A DNA stretch of 64,000 nucleotides from Octopus sinensis (taxonomy: Eukaryota). The DNA is taken from positions 14,632,001 through 14,696,000 of the forward strand of contig NC_043018.1 in the NCBI RefSeq assembly GCF_006345805.1, written 5' to 3'. A program made the position numbers and the translations under genes. The notes beneath the pieces are model-generated. The model did not search any database. It was not told where the DNA came from and saw only the letters and a program-made list of their open reading frames with translations. This document shows, piece by piece, positions 1-11,764 of this stretch (within the stretch, counting starts at the first letter, position 1; every line of letters begins with the position of its first letter).

Positions 1-103
1 CATCGTGGAGCTTTAGGTGTTTTCGCTCAATAAACACAACGCCCGGTCTGGGAATCGAAACCGCGAGTCCACTGCTCTAACCACTGGGTCATTGCGCCTC
101 CAC
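1..103 (-). mobile_element. tRNA-derived SINE family A, 5' part (window-truncated)
   Basis: Reverse complement reads GTGGAGGCGCAATGACCCAGTGGTTAGAGC...GTTTCGATTCCCAGACCGGGCG (A/B-box-like). The same sequence recurs at 20887 (+) and 54144-54523 (-). Confidence 0.85.
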
Positions 104-685
104 TCATTATAACTGTAATATATCGTTGTATATATATATATATCTATAATTGGGATATGCCATAGTATATTTGCTTCAAATTTTGGCACGAGGTTAGCAA
201 TTTCGGTAGAAGAAATAAATCGATTACATCGATCCCAGTGCTCAACTGGTACTTATTTTATCGACCCCAAAAGGACGAAAGGCAAAGTCGACCTCGGTGG
301 CATTTGAAAAAGCGTAATGCATTTTGCCCGGCGATCTAACGAGTCTGTCTGAATATGTCATAGTATATTTATAACTGTATTATGTCATAGTCTGTAACTG
401 ATACATCATAGTCTATAAATGTGATATGTCGTAGTGAATAACTGCGATATATCATAATCCATTACTGTGATATATCATAGTTTGTCACTGTCATATCTTA
501 TAGCCTGTAACTGTGATATGTCATAGTTTATGATTGTGATATATCAGTGTATCAATAACTGTTACATGTCATAATGAATAACTGTGATATATATTATGAT
601 TGTGATATATCATACTCTATAACAATGATATAACATCGTCTAAAACTGTAATATGTGATAGTCTACAACTATGATATATCTTAGT
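104..685. repeat. Diverged ~22-bp minisatellite (ATAACTGTGATATGTCATAGTC-like), interrupted by a SINE fragment at ~170-350
   Basis: The motif aactgtgatat/gtcatagt recurs more than 10 times at 104-165 and 355-685. Confidence 0.75.
170..350 (-). mobile_element. SINE family C fragment (Meta/MESC-like central domain)
   Basis: Reverse complement contains GAGGTCGACTTTGCCTTTCGTCCTTTTGGGGTCGATAAAATAAGTACCAGTTGAGCACTGGGATCGATG, shared with many copies in the window. Confidence 0.8.
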
Positions 686-929
686 CTCAGTGTTTAAGAT
701 GTCCAAAGCTGAAGTGAAATGTGGGTCAGGCACAGGTCACCCAATGGGCAAAAATTGGTTTCGTTTCTCTTCTATTTTTCTCTTCAATTCATCCGGGAAT
801 AATGTCGTTATGAGAAGGGGTAATTAGAAGCACAGAGACAAACAATCATGAATATATAACAAAATATATACACAAACAAAAAAATGGAAAAAATGTTCCA
901 ATAAACGTACACTTAAAAACACATATATA

Positions 930-1370
930 TTTATACGCACTTACATGGCCAATCCTCCTCATACACATACATGCGCACGCATACACACACATATATACTT
1001 ATATAAATACATTTGTACATGTATATATATATATGTATATATATACGCACAAACATACACACATACATATATATGTATGTATATATATTTTTCATTTATA
1101 GACACATGCATATATAACACGTATATAAACATATACATACATGTATATATACATATATGCGTACATAGATGGATACATATGCTTACATACATTATACTTA
1201 TATGCAGAAAGAAATGTGAAAGACACACACACACACGCCCATATACATATACATATACATATACATACACTTTTATATACGCACAATTCCATCAACCAAT
1301 ATATATATATATATATACATACACGCGCACATGCATACATAGACACACCGCACACATGTGCATACATAAT
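930..1370. repeat. Compound (TA)n/(CA)n/(TACA)n microsatellite
   Basis: Direct inspection. It explains the YI/TH-rich ORFs. Confidence 0.9.
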
Positions 1371-2189
1371 GAAGTTGTTGGCTTTATTGGAAGTCCAACA
1401 CACCCAATGTAGCAGTGTCACAGTGAAGGAGCCTCTTCCGGCCAGCCGTTCTATCAGCAAGTAATTGACCTTCTACTTCACTAAGCATGTGTCCAACGTA
1501 GTCGTCGACAGGTTTGTTTCTCTGCCTTAAGTGATCACAGTTGCAACGAATCATATTTCTGATCCTCTCACTTGCATGGGAACAAAACCGAGGTTTTCAA
1601 TTAATCCACATATTAAAATAGGAGAGTGAAAATGACTGAGCGCGCGTAGGCAAGTAGGACGTGAGATAACCAATCTATCACTGTATGCAATAATATATTT
1701 ATCATGCGTTTACATAATCAGTTTAGAATTTTTGGAAAAGATGTAAATGTTTGACCAACGCAACAATTTTTATAACATTGGAAAATCAGTTTTTATCTAA
1801 ATTATACTCTGTTGGTAAACACCCAAAACCCTTGTCTGGCCTGGCGGTTGGTCTTTACTATTAATTTCTTATCTTGACGCAAGGTGTCTCATTTTGAAGA
1901 AAGGTATAATTCAGCCCTGATGTGTCATTGAATCAACACGTGAGCATCAACCTGGTTTCTCGACTTACTGGAAATATAAACCAAATCTCCCTTAAATTAG
2001 ATCCTACTATCTTGGAAACTTCATCTTTAGATACAAACCTAAAGTGGACGCTAGCATAGTTGATGAAGTGGAGTAAATAATTTTTTATTAAATAAAATTG
2101 TATTCCTTGTTATGACTTATATAAATGACTAATTTAGCGGCAGGAAAAATACTCTGGGGACACAACCCCAAATATATATATAGGATATA

Positions 2190-2299
2190 TAGGCGTGGCT
2201 GTATGGTAAGGAGCTTGCTTCCCAACTACATGGTTCCGGGTTCAGTCCCACTGCATGGCACCTTGGACCGACCAAAGCCTTGTGAGAAAGAAGCCCGTC

Positions 2300-2302
<3 letters not shown>
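2190..2302 (+). mobile_element. SINE family B, internally deleted 5' part
   Basis: GGCGTGGCTGTATGGTAAGGAGCTTGCTTCCCAACTACATGGTTCCGGGTTCAGTCCCACTGCATGGCACCTTGG joined directly to ACCGACCAAAGCCTTGTGAG. The intervening segment seen at 17288-17685 is missing. Confidence 0.85.
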
Positions 2303-2350
<48 letters not shown>

Positions 2351-2359
2351 ATATTTATG

Positions 2360-2775
2360 TAAGTGGGTCTTTTTATTTGACACCGCTAGAAAAAAATCCC
2401 ATTTTCCGTAGCGGTGTCGTATGAAATTGTCACCCATAATTATAACCCTAGTATCGATCTATTGCATTTCAATCTATTTTAGATTTAGGGTTAGAGTTAG
2501 AGTTAGGGGTTGGGGAAGGGTATCTTTTTTTCTTCACAAATGTAAAGAAACCCAATCTGTTTCTTAAACGAGGGACATATTCATACAGCACGGAATGTTG
2601 TTTACGTCAATGGAGGTAATCGATTGGTTAAATGTGCCGAAATGCTCGAAATTTCAGACGAAATATCTTACAAACTATAGAATTTTCTCAATAAAGTCAA
2701 AAGAAAATGATGTTTTATAAACACATTCTACCAGTATACTAAGTTTAAAACTTTTTAGTTACCTAGAAATTATGT
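2360..2775 (+). mobile_element. Putative non-autonomous DNA/Helitron-like element with a 10-bp hairpin and a degenerate TTAGGG tract
   Basis: Perfect inverted repeat GACACCGCTA/TAGCGGTGTC (2379-2418) and TTAGGGTTAGAGTTAGAGTTAGGGG (~2486-2510). It starts at a (TA)n tract. The class is inferred. Confidence 0.35.
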
Positions 2776-2804
2776 TACAAAGTGCCGTTCAAAAGGAAAA
2801 GATC

Positions 2805-3008
2805 CCACAAGCACTTTGCCGAGTTGTTTGGGAGTGGTGGGGCGCTGGATCATGGCGAGGCCCTTAGGGACTTCCTGTCTTGCGGCCCGCGTCTTTCGGT
2901 ACGAGAGGTTGAGCGCTGTGAAGGGCCAATCACGGCCGAGGAGGTAATCGAGGTACTGGGCGAATGCCCCGGGGAGAAGTCGCCGGGTCTCGATGATCTG
3001 CCGTTTCT
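2805..3008 (+). pseudogene. L1/Tx1-clade LINE ORF2 fragment (region just upstream of the RT domain)
   Basis: Translates to HFAELF...PRLSVREVERCEGPITAEEVIEVLGECPGEKSPGLDDLPF, matching the L1/Tx1 'EGPIT.EE...KSPG.DGLP' motif. Confidence 0.8.
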
Positions 3009-3133
3009 CTAACAAAATTCTTAGAAGATACAGCGGCTTCTGCCGCGAACCTTTTTGCTGGCTCATGCAGCTGGTTCGTTTCTTGGATTATTTCGACCGA
3101 CACATTCGTTCGAAATAAATGATACACAATTTA

Positions 3134-3545
3134 ATCCCAGAAAAAGGGAAACCTATAATTTTTTACTTTTTTTTTCTCTTAACGAGGACAACAGTTCAAA
3201 TCCCACCCCTGCTGGGAGGCGAGACGTAGCAACAAAGCCTACAACATTCGAAATTAATTTTTTTTTCACACAATAATAAAATATAGAATCCCCAAAAAAG
3301 GGAAACCTATAATATTTTTTTTCCTCACAACGAGGACAAGAGTTCAAATCTCGCCTACGTTAGTGGCAGATGCCACAATAAAGTCTACAACGGCTAAAAT
3401 TTAATTTTTCTCGCAATAATGAATTGCTTATCCCAAAAAACGGGAAACCTATAATTTTTTTCCCCTCTTAATGAGGATAACAGTTCAAATCCCACCTCCG
3501 CTGGGGGGTGCGGCATGACAATAAAGCCTACAACGGCTTTAATAA
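3134..3545. repeat. Diverged tandem repeat, ~150-bp unit, about 2.7 copies
   Basis: AATCCC..AAAAAGGGAAACCTATAATTTTT...GAGGACAACAGTTCAAATC...AAAGCCTACAAC recurs at about 3134, 3287 and 3430. Confidence 0.85.
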
Positions 3546-4050
3546 ATTCAATATTAATAATATTAATAAGTTCAATATTAATAATTTCAACAATTACTTT
3601 CTCCCGTCACCGGGAAAAAGCACAATAAATTTTCAAAGTTCAACAATGTCTAACATTTCAAAAATATTCAACAATAGACAACAATTCCAATAGAAAAAAA
3701 TTATCCGCGTGCAACAAAACGTTTGACTCACCGCCAAAAAGACACGTCTGTCTACGACAAAGGTAAGCGAGCTTCTTACCACACAGCCACTTCTTTTGTC
3801 CATCATTTTGTTTTGTTTATTGTCTTTTCTCTTTTGTAAATACTGTTGGGGAGTAAATTCTTGCACAGGATTTGCACACAACTCCTAGTTCACCTTCAGC
3901 CTGCGTCTCATAGCGTTTCGTATTTAGTATGTGTGGTGTGTTTATGTTTTTTTATGAGGGTTGATTGTTCTCTGGTAATATTGGAAGAAGGGAGACATTG
4001 CATTTGGTAAGAACTGCTTTATGTTTACTGTGTGATAATATTTTCATGGG

Positions 4051-4185
4051 TTCCGCCGAGGTCTACTTTGCCTTTCATCCTTTCGGGGTCGATAAATTAA
4101 GTACCAGTTGCGTAATGGGGTCGATCTAATCGAATGGACCCCTTCACCAAAATTTCGGGCCTTGTGCCTAGAGTAGTAAAGAATA
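4051..4185 (+). mobile_element. SINE family C, 3' half
   Basis: CCGCCGAGGTCTACTTTGCCTTTCATCCTTTCGGGGTCGATAAATTAAGTACCAG...CTTGTGCCTAGAGTAGTAAAGAAT. Confidence 0.85.
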
Positions 4186-4270
4186 TTTTTTATGGATTCA
4201 AATAAAGTCAAAGTCTTGAGTCTCTGGAGAATAAGAAGGAGCACGATTCCTTCACTTCATCGCTCTAGAT

Positions 4271-4720
4271 TGTGACGTGTTCTGCATACGAAGCTGTCTG
4301 TATATTCTATGAAAATGTGGGATAGTCATGCAGGTATAAGCTAGACAGGGTAAGGGAACGGATGGCTGTAGTTTCCCATTCGGAAAATTGCAGGTCCTGG
4401 AAACATTGTACACCACAGGCTTTAGGGGGTTTGACAGTTTACTAGCCAGAACGGGTTGATGAGTAGATAACCAGAAATAGATTCGAAAGCTTTCCTTGTG
4501 TCAAGGCCAGTTACAATGGCAATGATTTTTATTGTTAGATTTGTAAGTAATAAGATTATTGACTGTAGTGGGGTTGAATTTCTGTTGTGGTTTGGAAATT
4601 GGGATGTGTGAGTAACTTAGGGTCACGAATGAATCTTCCTATAATACTTGAGGGTGGAAATTGATTTGCCTTTTTACCATTAATTCTGAAGGAATGAGTA
4701 GTGAGGAGAATCTCCGAGAC
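4271..4720 (-). pseudogene. Degenerate LINE reverse-transcriptase fragment
   Basis: Minus-strand frames give GLDTRKAFESISGYLLIN (LD..KAFD motif) and TLSSLYLHDYP..NIQTASYAEHVT (YADD motif), with stops and frameshifts. Confidence 0.65.
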
Positions 4721-5283
4721 GAATTGAAGGAAGAGAGGAAGGTGTCCTCAAAGCAGAGAACTGGTCCGAAGCCTACAATTGAGTGAACTCCGTCAAAGAC
4801 AACTTAGAATCAAATGATGGCTTTAAATTGAGCGAGGGATCAAGTCTACTACTTAAGGAGGCCTAAAAGAGACTTGAATTAAGAAGACAAAAAGCTGAAA
4901 CAAATACTACAGAACATTTTGTCCGGGGCTCTAACGATTCCTTCACTTCATCGCTCTAGATAAGTACTTTATTTATCGACCTCAGAACAATGAATGGCAA
5001 GTTGACTTCATAGGATCAAATACCACAGAGAATTTCCTTTTTGCTACCTTTTTGGACTTTCGAATTGCTTTAATTTTTGCCCTTCTAGGTTATGGAAATT
5101 TGAAAATGTTGGCACGAGTATTTATAGATGTTGGTGCGTGAAGGGATTTCTTCAGGACCTTGTTTTTTTAGGCGTTTGTGATTTTACCTGGCCTCGAGGT
5201 TTTCTAACATTTAGGTTTCTTTTTACGAGTGGAGTGTGAGACTGACTATTTGATGAAAGGAATTGGTTAAAATCATGGTCGTG

Positions 5284-5420
5284 GGGAACCATGGTGTAAC
5301 CCACTATGGTGTGGTAAACTTTCAGACCCTAGTCTAGATTGCGAATCCTCTGTACCCCAGGATGGGTCAGCTCTCCACCCGTAAAAAGCCACTTTTTACG
5401 GAATGAGGATAACATCATAG
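5284..5420 (+). repeat. Interspersed repeat fragment (second copy at 21086-21216), possibly a LINE 5' region
   Basis: About 130 bp near-identical to 21086-21216 (GGAACCATGGTGTAAC...GGAATGAGGATAAC). Confidence 0.7.
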
Positions 5421-5609
5421 CTTTCGTGCCCATGCAGCTGTCAGTCTATCACGTGTGGTGGGTGGATCTTCAAGTTGCCACACGCATTCTTAGTAGCTTA
5501 GAGTAGGCTCGAATTAGAGATTGTTCTTTGTGGCTAATGGCGTGAATCCTGATTGGAAGAAGGAAGAAGAAGAAGAAGAAGAAGAAGAAGAAGAAGAAGA
5601 AGAAGACAG

Positions 5610-5960
5610 CAGCAGCAAAGAAATGTCTCACAAACTTGAATTATGTGGAGTAATGGAGGGCCCCTTTAAGGCCAAACTAAACAATCACCAGTACTCTTTC
5701 AGGATCCCAGAAAGACGCAGCCTAACCACATTTGCCGGCTATATATTGTGATCAAAAGAAGAGGACTCGCCATACAAAATTATCTGGAAGTTCCTAGAAC
5801 AATCTCGGCTATATCTTAATGTAGCAGACGGTGGAAAATTTCCTTGCCCGAGAGGACAATAATCTCAAAAAATTCGCACGGTCCAGGTACCTTCTTGAAT
5901 TCAAAAAGTAAGCTTTTTAGCCCATGCCACCATGACAGAAAATTTGTTTTGGAAATGTGT
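5610..5960 (+). pseudogene. Penelope-like element GIY-YIG endonuclease remnant
   Basis: LCGVMEGPFKAKLNNHQYSFR...TTFAGYIL*...YKIIWKFLE...LNSKSKLFSPCHHDRKFVL aligns by eye with the 26212-26970 frame and the PLE endonuclease C-terminal pattern. Confidence 0.7.
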
Positions 5961-6419
5961 AATTTTCTCGTTTGCTAAGTAAAGAAAGAAAAAGAAGTCG
6001 TCACAAACTGACCCATTTTAGACACTTTTGGGATTGTTCAAGAAGAGGTTGTTCTTTCTCCTTCACAAATGGTTTTTTTTCGCTTTGTTTTTCCTTTCAC
6101 CACCAAACTGATCAGGACTGCAAATTTACCTTCATTGGTAAAGAGTTCATGTACTTCCGGCCAGCCAGCCGGCCTGATGAGTCATGTATATTGTAGATGT
6201 GTAGGCGTAAAACTAATGGAAATTTCTGACCGCTTATATGTCATACATAGCCAAGGATATGCGACTCGATTATATGAAATATCTACTCAAATATCTTATG
6301 TGCGTTCTGTGCGTGCGTGTGTAAGTGTGTGTGTGTGTTTGTAAACATACATATATAATGCATACTTATGTATGTGCGTGTGTATATGTATGTATGTATA
6401 TCATGTATATATATATACA

Positions 6420-6800
6420 ACTAGCAGTATCGCCTGGCGTTGCTCGGGTTTGTAAGGGAAATAACTATATAAGCATTTTTAGAGAGTTATAGCCAAAAAA
6501 TAGCAAAAAAATGCATTAAAAATGGAAAAAAAATTATGGTAATTTTTTTTTTAATCGTTGACTCATCGTAGACATTTTTAGAGAGTTACTTCCCTTATAT
6601 AATAGCGAAAAAATGCATTAAAATGGAAAAGATGATGGTAAATTTTTTTTAATCGTAGACGTGCGCTAATACCCAGAAGGGCTCGATAAGACTATAAGAT
6701 ACCCGGTTTTGGTTAAACTGCACCGCAAAATGTGGGAGTAGTTAGGAATCTAAATCGTAGGAGACAGACAGCACACAACCTCACTTTTATATATAAAGAT
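6420..6800 (+). mobile_element. Lep1/HINE-like non-autonomous Helitron-family element
   Basis: Starts ACTAGCAGTATCGCCTGGCGTTGCTCGGG and ends ACAGACAGCACACAACCTCACTTTTATATATAAAGAT. Inserted in a TA-rich site, with a related copy at 52007-52645. Confidence 0.65.
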
Positions 6801-7014
6801 AATCCCTCGTCATATCGCGGTTTATTATTTTAGCTTACGTCGATTCCTCTGTGGTGTTGTTTTGCATGTATAATAAAATAAATATATATAAATTATTAAA
6901 ATAATAACAAAAATATACAGTACAGTACTGTTTCTACTTCGCTGATTTTCACCTATCGCGGGTTTTTTTAGAACGTAACACCCGCGAGAGTCAAGGGATT
7001 ACTATATACGTATA

Positions 7015-7029
7015 TATATATATATATAC

Positions 7030-7069
<40 letters not shown>

Positions 7070-7974
7070 GTGTGTGTGTATACATTCTTTTAATTTTTTA
7101 CTTGTTTCAGTCATTTGACTGCAGCCATGCTGGAACACAGACTTTACTCGAGCAAATCAATCCCAAGACATATTTTTGCAAGCTTTACCATACGGCCACG
7201 CCTGCGCCTCTGTATGTATGTATGTATGCATGTATGTATGTATGTATGTATGTATGTATGTATGTATGTATGTATGCATGTATGCATATATGTATGTGTG
7301 TATGTATGTATATATGCATGCATGTATGCATTTATGTATGTGTGTGTGTATGTATGTATGTATGTATGCATATATGTATGTGTGTATGTATGTATATATG
7401 CATGCATGTATGCATTTATGTATGTGTGTGTGTATGTATGTATGTATGTATGTATGCATGCATGTATGTATGTATGTATGTATGTATGGATGGATGGATG
7501 AATGGGTGTATGCATGTATGCATGTATGTATGCATGTATGCATGTATGCATGCATGTATGCATATATGTATGTGTGTGTATGTATGTATGCATGTATGTA
7601 TGCATGCATATATATATGTGTGTATGTATGTATGTATCTATGTATGCATGTATACATGTATGTGAGTGTCTATGTATGTATGTATGTATGTTGTATGTAT
7701 GTGTCTATGTATGTATGTATGCAAGTATGAATGTGTGTTGGGTATGTATGTATGTATATGTGTGTGTGTAGATAGGTAGATAAATAGATAGATACATACA
7801 CTCTTCACAAACTTAATGCATCCGGTATAATTTTGCATTCTGTGTATGTATGTATGTATGTATGTTTGTATGTATGTATATGTTTGTATATATATACATT
7901 ACATATATATATATAATTATATATATTATATATCATATATATATATTATTAATATATATGATTATATATATATG

Positions 7975-8006
<32 letters not shown>

Positions 8007-8092
8007 ATATACATATATATAACATATATATGTATATATATATGTATATATATATTATATATGTGTGTGTATTTTTATATATATATGTATAT
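7015..8092. repeat. (TG)n/(TATG)n/(TA)n microsatellite block containing a deleted SINE-B (7083-7210, minus)
   Basis: Direct inspection. The SINE-B tail (CTTGTTTCAGTCATTTGACTGC) is fused to its head (TACCATACGGCCACGCCTGCGCC). Confidence 0.85.
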
Positions 8093-8376
8093 ATTTCAAC
8101 AATGAGGGTAAAATTAATTAATTATTAATCAATTTCACCAAGTGTTCAGTATGCAAAGGGACCATTCAAGGCGAATTCAAATTTTACATTATATAAAAGG
8201 GCTTAGTAAAATAAATTACTTTGCCGCATACTGAACTCATTAGAAATAGCAGCCAAAAAACTTTTTGTAGGCTATTTCTAATACTTAAAGAAAATCTCTC
8301 TCATATATAGTGTTTGCATAATTTAACTCACAAAAGTTTGGGGTAATGACATCGAAAAATCAAATGCTAAGGTATT

Positions 8377-8428
8377 CGAGAACGTACGTTTCAAGATTAG
8401 TCAAAACAACATTTCTATCATCGGCTCG
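8377..8428 (-). ncRNA. Atypical minimal type-I hammerhead ribozyme motif (CCGAUGA core)
   Basis: Minus strand reads CGAG-CCGATGA-T-AGA...TCT-T-GAAA-CGTACGT-T-CTCG: stem I CGAG/CTCG, palindromic stem III ACGUACGU, GUU triplet. Confidence 0.6.
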
Positions 8429-8910
8429 GAAATTCCTTGGTTTGGATTTGGAAACACTGAAAATAAGAACATACCCCTCGAAGATCTGCTCCCAACTAAC
8501 AGTGTCAACAAATTCAAAATAAGCAAGCGAAGAATCTCTGTTCTCCCCTTTCCACCAGCGTGGTTAAAATCATCAAACTCTATGCTTATTTCGGTAAAGT
8601 CCGAAGCATTAATCAGAGGGAGATTAATTATAATTTCAACAATTGAGGTAAAATTAATTATTATTAATCAATTTCACAAGTGTTCAGATCAAGGGACCAT
8701 TCAAGGCGAATTCAATTATTACCTTATATAAAAGGGCTTAGTAAAATAATTACTTTGCCGCATACTGAACTCATTAGAAATAGCAGCCAAAAACTTTTTT
8801 AAGGCTATTTCTAATACTTAAAGAAAATCTCTCTCATATATAGTGTGTTGCATAATTTATCCACAAAAGTTTGGGGGTAATGACATCGAAAAATCAAATG
8901 CTAAGTTATT

Positions 8911-8961
8911 CGAGAACGTACGTTTCAAGATAGTCAAAACAACATTTCTATCATCGGCTCG
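8911..8961 (-). ncRNA. Atypical hammerhead motif, monomer 2
   Basis: Same motif as 8377-8428. Confidence 0.6.
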
Positions 8962-9452
8962 GAAATTCCTTGGTTTGGATTTGGAAACACTGAAAATAAG
9001 AACATACCCTCTCGAAGATTGGCTCCCAACTAACAGTGTCAACAAATTCAAAATAAGCAAGCGAAGAATCTCTGTTCTCCCCTTTCCACCAGCGTGGGTT
9101 AAAATCATCAAACTCTATGCTTATTTCGGTAAAGTCCGAAGCATTAATCAGAGGGATATTAATTATAATTTCAACAATTGGGGTAAAATTAATTAATTAT
9201 TAATCAATTTCACCAAGTGTTCAGTATGCAAAGGGACCATTCAAGGCGAATTCAAATTATTACATTAATAAAAGGGCTTAGTAAAATAAATTACTTTGCC
9301 CGCATACTGAACTCATTAGAAATAGCAGCCAAAAACTTTTTTAAGGCTATTTCTAATACTTAAAGAAATCTCTCTCATATATAGTGTTTGCATAATTTAA
9401 CTCACAAAAGTTTGGGGGTAATGACATCGAAAAATCAAATGCTAAGGTTATT

Positions 9453-9504
9453 CGAGAACGTACGTTTCAAGATTAGTCAAAACAACATTTCTATCATCGG
9501 CTCG
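9453..9504 (-). ncRNA. Atypical hammerhead motif, monomer 3
   Basis: Same motif as 8377-8428. Confidence 0.6.
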
Positions 9505-10000
9505 GAATTCCTTGGTTTGGATTTGGACACTGAAAATAAGACATACCCTCCTCTCGAAGATCTGCTCCCAACTAACAGTGTCAACAAATTCAAAATAAGC
9601 AAGCGAAGAATCTCTGTTCTCCCCTTTCCACCAGCGTGGGTTAAAATCATCAAACTCTATGCTTATTTCGGTAAAGTCCGAAGCATTAATCAGAGGGAGA
9701 TTAATTATAATTCAACAATTGAGGTAAAATAATTAATTATTAATCAATTTCACCAAGTGTTCAGTATGCAAAGGGGACCATTCAAGGCGAATTCAAATTA
9801 TACATTATATAAAAGGGCTTAGTAAAATAAATTACTTTGCTGCATACTGAACTCATTAGAAATAGCAGCCAAAAAACTTTTTTAAGGCTATTTCTAATAC
9901 TTAAAGAAACTCTCTCATATATGTGTTTGCATAATTTAACTCACAAAAAGTTTTGGGTAATGACATCGAAAAATCAAATGCTAAGGTTATTCGAGAACGT

Positions 10001-10580
10001 ATGCGGCAAAGTAATTATTTTACTAAGCCCTTTTATATAATGTAATAATTTGAATTCGCCTTGAATGGTCCCTTTGCATACTGAACACTTGGTGAAATTG
10101 ATATAATAATTAATTAATTTTACCCTCAATTGTTGAAATTATAATTAATCTCCCTCTATTAATGCTTCGGACTTTACCGAAATAAGCATAGAGTTTGATG
10201 ATTTTAACCCACGCTGGTGGAAAGGGGAGAACAGAGATATCTTCGCTTGCTTATTTTGAATTTGTTGACACTGTTAGTTGGGAGCAGATCTTCGAGAGGG
10301 TATTTCTTCTTTTCAGTGTTTCCAAATCCAAACCAAGGAATTTCCGAGCCGATGATAGAAATTTGTTTTGACTAATCTTGAAACGTACGTTCTCGAATAA
10401 CCTTAGCATTTGATTTTCGATGTCATTACCCCAAACTTTTGTGAGTTAAATATGCAAACACTATATATGAGAGAGATTTTCTTAAGTATTAGAATAGCCT
10501 AAAAAAGTTTTTTGGCTGCTATTTCTAATGAGTTCAGTATGCGGCAAAGTAATTTATTTTACTAAGCCCTTTTATATAAT
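10001..10580 (+). repeat. Inverted copy (~1.07 units) of the 538-bp monomer
   Basis: 10001 onward (ATGCGGCAAAGTAATT...) is the reverse complement of the monomer and runs into (TA)n at ~10580. Confidence 0.9.
10345..10395 (+). ncRNA. Atypical hammerhead motif in the inverted monomer
   Basis: CGAG 10345-48, CCGATGA 10349-55, GAAA 10380-83, CGTACGT 10384-90, T 10391, CTCG 10392-95. Confidence 0.6.
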
Positions 10581-10892
10581 ATATATGTATATATATATAT
10601 ATTGTGTGTATATTTATGTATATATATATAAGTTATGTATATATATAGGGTATATATATATATGTTGTTGTTATTATTTATTATAATATATAATATATAT
10701 ATATATATATATTAGGTATGTAGAAAATACAACATGGACAAGAACGTATAACTCTTAGAAGACGACACAATAAACACGGACAGGACACTCGAAACCCCCA
10801 GTCCCCAGCCAAGAACGGATCACACAGCAACCTCGGCTGATTAATATATATATATATATAGATATATATATATAATATATATATATATATTC

Positions 10893-10935
<43 letters not shown>

Positions 10936-11709
10936 AATATATATTTATATATATATATGTATATGTATATATGTATAAATATATATATATAATGCCCACT
11001 TATGTTTGTGCGCGTGTATATGTATGTATGCGAACGTTTATGTGACTACGTGTATGTATATATATATATATCAGTGTGTGTGTGAGAGAGAGATCTGGGT
11101 TTGTAAGTGGTAGGGGAAAAATCTGTGAGAAACTTGTAAATATTTTTATTACACGTTTATTGTCCTCCCGAAAGAACAATAGATCAATTATTTCCCGTTT
11201 TTGGTTATGCGAAACCCACCCACCTCCATCCCTCCAACCTTCTCTATTCATTTGTTATCATTTTCAACATCTTTCGATAATCTCCGGGATGAATAGAGGA
11301 ATATGTCCGGTTAGATGTCCACATCTTCATTATTATCTATAAATTCGCACGCAAACCTGTCTCTCTCTCTCTCTCACACATACACACACACAAACGCACC
11401 CACCTACACATAAAAACGCATAGTCACGCAGACCTTTACACACACGTACAATGCACCTGCATATATATATATATATATATATATTATGTATATGTATATG
11501 TATGTGTATATATATATATATCTATATATATATATATATTATTATATGTGTAATGTATGTATATGTATATATATATATGTATATATATATGTAATATATA
11601 TAAGTAAATATATATATATATATACATCATATATATAATATATATAATATATATATATGTACATATATATATATACACACACACATTATATATATATATA
11701 TATAAGTAA

Positions 11710-11764
<55 letters not shown>

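Larger units (their letters stand above)
8093..10000 (-). repeat. ~538-bp tandem repeat, about 3.5 direct copies, one hammerhead motif per unit (retrozyme/PLE-pLTR-like)
   Basis: The marker ATTTCAACAAT recurs at about 8093, 8633, 9168 and 9709. Units differ almost only by single-base indels. Confidence 0.9.

Noticed and set aside
1374-1545. 56-aa minus-strand ORF (MIRCNCDHL...) resembling a GPS motif
   Set aside because: It lacks the HL-T/S cleavage motif and flanking Trp residues, and has no supporting splice signals.
2486-2512. Telomere or chromosome-fusion scar
   Set aside because: There is only one perfect TTAGGG with a few degenerate units, embedded in an apparent interspersed element.
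5749-5751. In-frame TGA in the PLE endonuclease remnant as a possible selenocysteine codon
   Set aside because: It aligns with the conserved Trp of 'YIW/LIW' (TGG to TGA), and the remnant has other lesions.
6168-6220. CCGGC-CTGATGA-GTC downstream of the GIY-YIG remnant as a hammerhead
   Set aside because: No matching GAC-GAAA or stem III/I is found.
8093-10580. ORFs inside the 538-bp repeat (8843-9196, 9388-9732, 8857-9111) as a coding tandem
   Set aside because: Frames are not conserved between units (indel differences) and no family is recognised. The units are long and contiguous with no spacers, so this is also not CRISPR-like.
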